A stretch of 64,000 nt of DNA from assembly GCA_963696385.1 (NCBI GenBank), contig CAVOKF010000003.1, positions 608,001 through 672,000 of the forward strand, read 5' to 3'. The notes below the pieces were generated by a model. That model saw only the letters and a list, made by a program, of their open reading frames with translations. It was not told the DNA's origin and ran no database searches. Position numbers and translations under genes: made by a program. The DNA comes from an uncultured delta proteobacterium. GTDB lineage: Bacteria > Myxococcota_A > Polyangia > Polyangiales > Polyangiaceae. Numbering within the stretch: the first letter of the stretch is position 1; every line of letters begins with the position of its first letter. Of the stretch, positions 10,137 through 17,548 are shown piece after piece.

Positions 10137-10597
10137 AAGACTTTCTTCTTCGTATCGCTACCGCACGTGCCCGCGCCGCAGCTGGCCTCCGCATCCGAGG
10201 CCTTCGGCGCAGCGGTCTTCTTGACGGCCACCTTGGGCGCGATCGGCCTCGCCGGGGCCATGCTCGCCGCCGACGAGGATGTCGTCGAAGGCGCCGGAAT
10301 CGGTGAGGGTGGCGTCGGGGCGCTCGTTGGCGCGGTCACCGCGACCGCCGCCACCGTCCGTTGAGCACTGGCCGAGGCCGCGGGTGAGGTGGCATTCGAA
10401 TCCGCGGAAGCCTTGGCGTCGCCTCCGCAACCTCCGGCCGAGCACGACGCCTGCGCGTTGCCGCTCGACGGCGCCGGCTTCGTGGGCGCCACGACCTGCA
10501 CCGGTTGCGGCGCCGCACCCGCACACCCCACGACGGCCGTGGTTCCCAATGCGGTCAGGATCGCAGCAAAGCTTTCGAACGACAAATCGTGGCGCAT
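10133..10597 (-). CDS. Lipoprotein RiPP precursor candidate with two ASCxAGxCG motifs
   Basis: Signal peptide with lipobox VVGC (Cys25); motifs QASCSAGGCG (C52/C57) and EASCGAGTCG (C140/C145). AGAGGAG SD upstream; GTGA overlap with the DUF692 start. Confidence 0.85.
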   Translation of the reverse strand: MRHDLSFESFAAILTALGTTAVVGCAGAAPQPVQVVAPTKPAPSSGNAQASCSAGGCGGDAKASADSNATSPAASASAQRTVAAVAVTAPTSAPTPPSPIPAPSTTSSSAASMAPARPIAPKVAVKKTAAPKASDAEASCGAGTCGSDTKKKVL

Positions 10598-10695
10598 GTC
10601 TCGCGGGCTCCTCTTTAGGCTGGGCTTCTTCGCTCGTCATGTGGGTGAGATCATGGCTCTCGCAGTACTCGACCGCCCAACATGCAGCTGCAGAA

Positions 10696-10721
10696 TACGG
10701 CACGGAGCACGGATGGTTTCA
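10696..10721 (-). promoter_or_regulatory. ECF sigma-type promoter TGAAAC-N16-CGTA upstream of the precursor-MNIO operon
   Basis: Minus strand reads TGAAAC catccgtgctccgtgc CGTA, about 100 nt upstream of the precursor ATG. It matches the classical ECF -35 AAC / -10 CGT consensus. Confidence 0.6.
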
Positions 10722-10915
10722 CAATTGTCGCTCGAGCCCCACGCGCACGATGTCCGGAAGGCGCCCGCCCCCCTCCGGGTCTGGTCACCGACGTTCCCAT
10801 GAGCTCGCACGTCCGTGAGCCGCACCGAAGGTGAACAAGTCCGCGTACATCGACTCGTCCGAGTCGATGCGATCGATCTCGCTTCGGACGTCGCCAGGGC
10901 GAGTAGAATCATCCG

Positions 10916-11491
10916 ATGCTCGAAGCCGACCGGCGCCTCTACCCGCTGTTCGTGAACCTTGCGGGACGCCGGGTTCTCGTTGCGGGAGCCGGAGTGGTCG
11001 CGACTCGGAAGATTGCGGCTCTCATCGAGATCGGTGCACGGGTGTGCGTCGTCGCTCCGAAGGCGACCGCCGACGTGGAGCGACTCGCCCGCCAGGGGGC
11101 GATCGACTGGCGCGAGCGGCCATTCCAAGGCAGCGACGTCGACGGCGCGTGGCTGGTCATCGCGGCCACGTCGGACGGCGCCGCGCAGCGGGCCATCGCA
11201 GCGGAAGCCGAAGCGCGGAGGGTCTTCGTCGTCGCCGTGAACGGGCATCCCGACGCGACCGCATGTTCGGGTGCGATCGTGCGGCGCGATCCGCTTCTCA
11301 TCTCGATCTCGTCGTCGGGATCGGCGCCCGCCCTGAGCCGGCTAGTCCGGGAGATCCTCGAGCAGGTCCTTCCGGCAGACGACTGGATTGAGCACGCCAA
11401 GAGGATGCGCGCGAAATGGATCGAGGCGGGCACGCCGAGCTCCCAGCGGTTCGGCGAATTGGTCAAGGAGATCGCTGCAAGAGCGCGGTAA
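10916..11491 (+). CDS. Precorrin-2 dehydrogenase/sirohydrochlorin ferrochelatase (CysG N-terminal part, SirC-like)
   Basis: YPLFVNLAGRRVLVAGAGVVATRK, LVIAATSD and ISISSSGSAPALSR. Confidence 0.9.
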   Translation: MLEADRRLYPLFVNLAGRRVLVAGAGVVATRKIAALIEIGARVCVVAPKATADVERLARQGAIDWRERPFQGSDVDGAWLVIAATSDGAAQRAIAAEAEARRVFVVAVNGHPDATACSGAIVRRDPLLISISSSGSAPALSRLVREILEQVLPADDWIEHAKRMRAKWIEAGTPSSQRFGELVKEIAARAR

Positions 11492-11554
11492 CGGGCGCGT
11501 CCGAGGCCATGGCTTCGACGCGACGAACGGCACGCACGGCGTACGCTCGCGGCC

Positions 11555-12307
11555 TCACGCCTCTTCGACTCCCCAGCGGCGGGCAATGGCGCGATCGATG
11601 GGCGAAAATAAGACGATCTCGCTCGAGCGACTGAGCGCGACGATGACTACGACCACGGCAAGCACGAGCGCCGTATCGCCGAGATCGCGACCGGTTTCCA
11701 GCAGCTGACCTAGCCCGCCCGAAACGAACAGTAGCTCGCCGGCCATGAGCGAACGAAGTGCAAACGTCCAGCCCAGCTTCGCGCCCCCCAGGATGCCCGG
11801 CAGTGCCGCCGGCATGGTTACGGCGAACATCAGCCGCGCGCCGCGCGCTCCCATCGTCCGGGCCGCCCGTTCGATGGAAGGCGTCACGTGGCGCACTGCA
11901 TTTTCCGTGGCCACCGCCACCGGCAACGCGGCGCCAAGAACCACGACAAGCTGGATTGCGAGCTCGCTCAGCCCAAACCACAGGATGGCCAGCGGGAGCC
12001 AACAAATAGAAGGTACCGAGCTCAAGCCAAGCACGACGGGGCCGGCCGTATCCTTGAAAACACGAACGCGAGCTAGCCCTATTCCGAGCGGAATTCCGAG
12101 CGTCAGCGCCGTCCCATAGCCCAGGACGAGCCGGACGGCGCTCGTGGCGACGGCGCGCACGAGCGTTCCGTCGCGCACCCCGGCGATCATGGATCGACCC
12201 ACCTCGAGAGGCCCAGGCGCGAGCGGCGTGCGAGCGATCTCAGATGCCCCCGCCCAGATGACGACGAGGATCGCTGGGACCACGACTCCCCGGAGCCAGC
12301 CACGCAT
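11555..12307 (-). CDS. ABC transporter permease, SsuC/TauC/NitT family
   Basis: Six hydrophobic segments, VPSICWLPLAILWFG, EAA loop ERAARTMGA and GELL. Confidence 0.9.
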   Translation of the reverse strand: MRGWLRGVVVPAILVVIWAGASEIARTPLAPGPLEVGRSMIAGVRDGTLVRAVATSAVRLVLGYGTALTLGIPLGIGLARVRVFKDTAGPVVLGLSSVPSICWLPLAILWFGLSELAIQLVVVLGAALPVAVATENAVRHVTPSIERAARTMGARGARLMFAVTMPAALPGILGGAKLGWTFALRSLMAGELLFVSGGLGQLLETGRDLGDTALVLAVVVVIVALSRSSEIVLFSPIDRAIARRWGVEEA

Positions 12308-13166
12308 CGTCCGCCTCCTCTCGCGCCACTTTTTCGACCTCGCTGGCGATGCGGCGCGCTATGCCGGCCGCGAGGCTGGAGACGCGCGTGTCGTTGGCAG
12401 CGCGCGGCCGCGGTACGTCAACGTATTCCTCGTGAAGGACACGCCCCGGGCGTGTCGCCATGAGCACGACGCGATCCGCCAGCCGGACAGCCTCCCTCAC
12501 ATTGTGAGTCACGAAAATCACCGTTTTCCGCGTCGCGGTCCAGATGCGCTCGAGCTCTCCCTGGAGAATCTCGCGCGTCTGCGCGTCGAGTGCTGCGAAG
12601 GGCTCGTCCATCAGAAGGACCGCCGGATTGGTTGCCAGAGCGCGCGCGATCGCCCCACGCTGACGCATGCCTCCCGACAGCTCGTGTGGATAACGATCCG
12701 CAAAGCGCCAGAGATGCACCAGCCGCAGAAGCTCTTCGCTGCGAGCGGCGCGAGCCGCCCGCGGCAGGCCCTGCAATTTCAAAGGGAACTCGACGTTGCC
12801 GCGAAGCGCGAGCCACGGAAAAAGGGCCGAGTCCTGGAAGACCATGGCCCGGTCGGGTCCAGGTGACGTGACCTCCGCGCCCCGATAGAGAACGTGGCCC
12901 TCCGTGGGCCTCACCAGCCCCGCCACCAAGTTCAGAATCGTCGATTTGCCACTCCCGGACGGGCCCAAAAGGCAAACGAACTCTCCGGCGGCGATACGAA
13001 GCGAAACAGTTTGCAGGATTTCGATGGACCCTTGCTTCGCACGGAGGGTGAGCGATACGGCATCGAGTGTCACGTTCGCGTCGGCGCGCGCGCCAGGCGT
13101 CGAGATCGCAGTCGCCCCCAGCGACGTCGGCGGCGGATCCATCCAGGCCTTCGCAAATGCGAACAC
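12240..13166 (-). CDS. ABC transporter ATP-binding protein, SsuB/TauB/NitT family
   Basis: GPSGSGKST, LSGGMRQR, LLMDEPF and FVTH. Start placed at GTG 13166 (or ATG 13142) because a sigma70 promoter lies inside the longer ORF. Confidence 0.9.
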   Translation of the reverse strand: MFAFAKAWMDPPPTSLGATAISTPGARADANVTLDAVSLTLRAKQGSIEILQTVSLRIAAGEFVCLLGPSGSGKSTILNLVAGLVRPTEGHVLYRGAEVTSPGPDRAMVFQDSALFPWLALRGNVEFPLKLQGLPRAARAARSEELLRLVHLWRFADRYPHELSGGMRQRGAIARALATNPAVLLMDEPFAALDAQTREILQGELERIWTATRKTVIFVTHNVREAVRLADRVVLMATRPGRVLHEEYVDVPRPRAANDTRVSSLAAGIARRIASEVEKVAREEADDAWLAPGSRGPSDPRRHLGGGI

Positions 13167-13168
13167 GG

Positions 13169-13201
13169 GCTCGTTATATTGAACCGAGCCCCTTGCGTCA
13201 A
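13169..13201 (-). promoter_or_regulatory. Sigma70-type promoter TTGACG-N17-TATAAC overlapped by the imperfect palindrome GCTCGTTATATTGAAC (putative XRE operator)
   Basis: -35 at 13201-13196 and -10 at 13178-13173 with a 17-nt spacer; palindrome at 13169-13184 centred on TATA. Confidence 0.65.
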
Positions 13202-13271
13202 AGGCGTTCCGGCCCTCTCGTGCGTCGATGGAGCCCTGCCTCGCGCTGACATCCGGCGTCACGGAGGGGCG

Positions 13272-13907
13272 TCACCGTTCGTAGACGATGACGTTGTGGT
13301 AACGAGCCTCTCCGCTCGACGGGTTCTCGTAGGCATGGGGGCGGTCCGCGGCAAACGCGACCGAATCGCCTGCAGCAAGGTCGTGCATCTCTTCGGCAAC
13401 ACGCATCCTCAACTGCCCGGTCAGCACCACGAGGACTTCATGGGTTCCGGGCGCGTGCGCTTCGGAAGCGTGCACCGCGCGGGCCGCCAATCGAAGCTCG
13501 TAAAGCTCCACGAGTGGCGACGCACCGAGCGGTGACAGCGGACGGCTTTCGAACTTGCCGTCTGCAGAACGAAGCACCTGAGCGTCTCCCCGCTTGAGCA
13601 CGACGACTCCCGATCGGGGAGCGCCGATCAGCTCCGCAAAGGGCACACCCAGACCGACCGCGATCTTCCAGAGCACGCCGACCGTAGGATTGCTTTTGCA
13701 TGTCTCGATCTGCGAGAGGGCGGCACGGCTGACTCCGGAAGATCGCGCCAAGTCGTCCAACGAAAGCCCGCGAGCCTTCCGCCTTTGTCGCAGGTTCTCG
13801 GCGACACGGCGACCGAGTTCGGCTGCGCCGACGTCGTCGCCGGGGCCGGCCAGGGGCCGATTCGCCTTGCGCGTAACCACTTTTGCCTCCATTTCTTTTG
13901 CTCGCAT
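13272..13907 (-). CDS. XRE-family HTH + cupin transcriptional regulator (SutR/PuuR-like)
   Basis: LRQRRKARGLSLDDLARSSGVSRAALSQIE...NPTVGVLWKIA, then cupin motifs HAPGTHE and GDSVAFAADRPHAYEN. Start is uncertain. Confidence 0.9.
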   Translation of the reverse strand: MRAKEMEAKVVTRKANRPLAGPGDDVGAAELGRRVAENLRQRRKARGLSLDDLARSSGVSRAALSQIETCKSNPTVGVLWKIAVGLGVPFAELIGAPRSGVVVLKRGDAQVLRSADGKFESRPLSPLGASPLVELYELRLAARAVHASEAHAPGTHEVLVVLTGQLRMRVAEEMHDLAAGDSVAFAADRPHAYENPSSGEARYHNVIVYER

Positions 13908-14089
13908 GATGGAACGGATTAAGGGCTGCAACGCCACTCCCGACCCGACGCGCGGCTCGCACCGTATCACGGCAGTCCGCCCGTGAACTCCGTTCGCGCT
14001 TGGGAGCATCGAGAGCGCCCGCTCGCCCGAAGCGCCTTTCCAGAGGCGCAAGCCATCCTGCGGGCGAGGCCCGCCGCCTCGCCCAAGCC

Positions 14090-15064
14090 GTGAAAACCCG
14101 CCCGCCCACGCGCCGGGAGTTGCTGGCGGGAGCCTGCTCGACCGCCTTGATGGGTGCGAGCGGATGCCGGAGGCCGAGCGACGGCATCGTACGCATCGGG
14201 TTCATGACGAACCTCACGCACGCTCCCGCCATCGTCGGCCTGGCGTCCGGACGCATTGCGCGAGCGCTCGGGGTCCCCGTCGAGCCGCGCAGTTTTCGGG
14301 TGGGACCGCGCGTCGCCGAAGCGCTCGTCGGCGACGCCATCGACGTCGGGGTTGCTGGTCCCTCTGCGCTCATTTACACGAATGCACGACACCGCAACGG
14401 AGTGCTGCGGGTGCTGTCCGGATGCTGCTCCGGCGGCGCCTCCTTCCTCGTTGGGACCCACTCCGGGATTCGAGTGCCCGGCGACTTGCGCGGCAAGACG
14501 CTTGCAACCACGCAGATCGGGACGACGCAGTACATTTCGCTGCGCAAGTATCTCCGGACGCACGGATTCGCGCCTGCCGAGCGGGGCGGTGACGTAACCG
14601 TCCACGCACTCGACGCCACCACCATCCTAACCGAGATGCGTCGAGGCGCTCTCGATGGCGCATGGCTGCCGGAACCGTGGGCCACGCGCGTCGTGCAGGA
14701 CGCCGGCGCCGTCCGCCTCATCGACGAGCGCGACCTGTGGCCCGCTCGTCGATTCCCGACAGCGCTCGTCGCCGCTCGGGGAGAGTTCGTTCGGCGGCGG
14801 CCGGATCTCGCAAAGCGCCTGACGGTCGCCATCGGCGACGAGATCGATCGCGCAGTCGGTGGAGCAACGGAGACTTGCGAAGAAGCGCGCATCGAACTCG
14901 GCCGTCTCGTCGGCAAGACACTGCCAAGCTCGCTCATGAGCGAGGCCTGGCGATGGGTCGACTTCACAAGCGACCCGCTGCGCGACGCTCTGGAAACACT
15001 GGCGGCGGACGCCGCCGCCCTGGGCCTCGCCCCGGCATCCACGTGCCGTAACCTGTTCACCTGA
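14090..15064 (+). CDS. ABC transporter substrate-binding lipoprotein, SsuA-like, Tat signal
   Basis: TRRELL Tat motif and lipobox ASGC; IGFMTNLTHAPA, LRGKTLAT, GTTQ and DGAWLPEPWAT. Confidence 0.85.
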   Translation: MKTRPPTRRELLAGACSTALMGASGCRRPSDGIVRIGFMTNLTHAPAIVGLASGRIARALGVPVEPRSFRVGPRVAEALVGDAIDVGVAGPSALIYTNARHRNGVLRVLSGCCSGGASFLVGTHSGIRVPGDLRGKTLATTQIGTTQYISLRKYLRTHGFAPAERGGDVTVHALDATTILTEMRRGALDGAWLPEPWATRVVQDAGAVRLIDERDLWPARRFPTALVAARGEFVRRRPDLAKRLTVAIGDEIDRAVGGATETCEEARIELGRLVGKTLPSSLMSEAWRWVDFTSDPLRDALETLAADAAALGLAPASTCRNLFT

Positions 15065-15141
15065 CTCGGCCCCTGCCGCGGGTGGCTTGCCGGTTCTGAG
15101 TTCACCGACAACCGCCCGAAATCGGAAAAGAGCTCGCGCGC

Positions 15142-16770
15142 TCATGCCTTGCCGGCTCGACGCGCACGCTTTGCTGCGATCTTCGCGAGCAGTTCTTCGC
15201 GCGTCACGCCAAGCCTCGCAGCGGTCTTCTGCGCCAGCGACGTTCGCGCGACACCGGGCACGAAGCGGTAGGTTGCCCTCTCGGACCCATCGAGTTCCAC
15301 CTGGATGAACTCGAGTGGGGTGGCACCGTTCTTCGCCTCGCGGGCAAGGCCCGTTGCGAACTGCAGCAAATGAGTCGTGGCGAACGCTCGGACCCCAAGC
15401 TCCGGCAAGAGCGACAGAACCAGCCGGGCGATCTCCTCCCCTTCGGAAGGATTCGTCCCGGAGCACAGCTCGTCGAGGACCACGAGCGCGCCCGGATCGA
15501 GCTCGTCGAACAGGCGACGAATTCGAAGCAGCTCCATCCCCAGATGTCCTTCCGGCTGATCGGAACGCGCTTCCTCGAACAGGGAGGCAAAGAGCCCCGA
15601 CGCGTGCGGAACGCGAGCCCCCCTCGCCGGAACAAATAGACCCGCTTGGGAAAGCAGTTGCGCAATGGCCACGGACTGCAAAAGCCTCGTCTTGCCTCCG
15701 GAGTTGGGACCCGTTACGACGACAATCGCGTTCGGCCCTGTGTGCAAATCGCAGGGTACGGGTTGAACACCCGCGGCAAGCAGCAGCGGATTGAACAGGC
15801 CTTGTAGATCGAGCGACGTGTCGGGCGCCGTCAACGTGGCCAGAGTCACCGACAGGCCCAAAGCGCGCGCCCGATCGCGAAAGCAAAGGGCGCCCAGAAA
15901 GACTTCGATGTCTCCCAGAAGCTGAAAGAGCGGCGCAATCGAGACTTCGACACCGGCGAAAACCTCGGAGAGCAACCGCTCCGCGATTTCGCCGGCGTTT
16001 GTCCGGAACCCCCGCGCGAAGAGAACGACACGAGCGAAAAATCGGCGCAATGCCGGGACGTAGAACGGATTGGAGCGGTTTTCTTCGACGCGCACGATTT
16101 GCAGCGCTCGCACCTCTCCGTCCGCTCCCACTCGTACGCGAAGATCGAGCGAGCCGAGATGCTCGTCGTGCTCGAGGAACGCGACGAGGCGCCGATAGCC
16201 GTCGCTGTCGGCCACCGCGGCACCGAACGCCCGAAGTCGACTCAGCGCCGACGTTGCGCCCACGAACGACGACGCCAGAAGGTCGAACGCGCCGCGCACC
16301 GCCCGAAGAATCTCAACCCGCCGTACGCGAGGCGCGGGCTGTCGCGGCGCGCAGAGAAGTCCGCGAATCCTCAAGATCGCGAAGTAGACGCTCTCGAGCT
16401 CGGACCGCGCGGCCGGTACATCGACGAGCTCGGCCAGCACGCTCTGCCGGGTCTCGACGTGGCGTGGGTCGCTGGGCGGAGCCGCAAGCACTCGCGCTGC
16501 GTACCGTCCGGAAGCGTGGTAGGCGTCGCCACCGATGCGAAGGGCCAGGCATTTATCGACGATTTCGTCGACGTAAACGTCCCGCACGAAGCCATCGCGC
16601 TCCCACGACGATGGGGGGAGATCGGCTGCAGCGACCACGTCGTCGAACGCCGTCTGAGGAGCGCCCGCGGCAAAGGCGAAAACGAGAGCCTGCCGCAGCG
16701 CAGCGGTGCTTGTGCGCATGCGCGGGTCGGCGCTGAGCAAGTCCGGGATGGGTAACGCGACAGGGGACAT
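15142..16770 (-). CDS. MutS-related protein (domain V ATPase only)
   Basis: LFNPLL, VTGPNSGGKTRLL, LDELCSGTNPSEG and ATTH; no mismatch-binding domain recognisable. Confidence 0.85.
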   Translation of the reverse strand: MSPVALPIPDLLSADPRMRTSTAALRQALVFAFAAGAPQTAFDDVVAAADLPPSSWERDGFVRDVYVDEIVDKCLALRIGGDAYHASGRYAARVLAAPPSDPRHVETRQSVLAELVDVPAARSELESVYFAILRIRGLLCAPRQPAPRVRRVEILRAVRGAFDLLASSFVGATSALSRLRAFGAAVADSDGYRRLVAFLEHDEHLGSLDLRVRVGADGEVRALQIVRVEENRSNPFYVPALRRFFARVVLFARGFRTNAGEIAERLLSEVFAGVEVSIAPLFQLLGDIEVFLGALCFRDRARALGLSVTLATLTAPDTSLDLQGLFNPLLLAAGVQPVPCDLHTGPNAIVVVTGPNSGGKTRLLQSVAIAQLLSQAGLFVPARGARVPHASGLFASLFEEARSDQPEGHLGMELLRIRRLFDELDPGALVVLDELCSGTNPSEGEEIARLVLSLLPELGVRAFATTHLLQFATGLAREAKNGATPLEFIQVELDGSERATYRFVPGVARTSLAQKTAARLGVTREELLAKIAAKRARRAGKA

Positions 16771-16852
16771 CGCTGAGAGGGTCGCCTTTCAACCGCACCG
16801 TTGGACGGAAACCCTCTCGTTGGCCTTCTCGACCTAGTCCCGTGGCCGGGCG

Positions 16853-17455
16853 TCACTTCTTTTTCGTGTGACACCCCAAGCAACCGAACCCTTGGCCCGT
16901 CTTCGGATCGTACGGCGACTCGCCGAGCAGCTCGGCCATCGTCGGCTCGACTTGCTTCATCATGAAATCCACAGCCTTCGGATGCTTCGCGTGCAGGGCC
17001 TTCATCCCCGCGGGCGTAAGCTCAAGCTTGGGAAGGTCGGGGTTCGGCATTTTGAAACTGCCATCTTTGACCCCGGCGCCATGGCACAGGACGCATTTGG
17101 TCTCGGCGTAGGCCTTTGCGTCAAAATCATGAAAAAGTGCGCCCATCTTGGGCATTACCGTCGACTTCATGTACGCCAACTTCTGATCGTGCGTCCATTT
17201 CTCCCAGTCGCCTGGTCCAGGAGGACCCGCGGCTTCGGCGCTTGCCGAAGTCGAAGGCGCCGCGCTCGGCGCCGGAGCAGCACTCTCGGCAGCGGCGGCG
17301 CTGCTCGCCGGTTGGGCGCTCGCCGCCTCGGAGACCGAGCTCGACGTGGCCGGGGGATTGCTCGGCTGTGTGGCCTCCGGCTGGCCGCCGCCGCACGCAA
17401 CGGAGAACGCTGGAACGAAGAGAGCGATTGCGCATAGGGCTATGAGACGCTTCAT
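16853..17455 (-). CDS. Diheme c-type cytochrome lipoprotein
   Basis: MKRLIAL signal with lipobox SVAC; Ala/Pro/Ser linker; CVLCH and CLGCH heme-binding motifs. Confidence 0.8.
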   Translation of the reverse strand: MKRLIALCAIALFVPAFSVACGGGQPEATQPSNPPATSSSVSEAASAQPASSAAAAESAAPAPSAAPSTSASAEAAGPPGPGDWEKWTHDQKLAYMKSTVMPKMGALFHDFDAKAYAETKCVLCHGAGVKDGSFKMPNPDLPKLELTPAGMKALHAKHPKAVDFMMKQVEPTMAELLGESPYDPKTGQGFGCLGCHTKKK

Positions 17456-17548
17456 GGCGCCCTTGGATGCACCACGAGCCCAGCCGTTGCAAGGCCATTC
17501 GTCCGGTTCACGCCGAAGGCGGCACATCGGCCAACCGGGGCCGCCCGG

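Noticed and set aside
10158..10703. 181-aa alternative ORF over the RiPP precursor
   Set aside because: It has no recognisable motifs and starts inside the ECF promoter. The 154-aa frame has the SD, lipobox, repeated Cys cores and coupling to the MNIO gene.
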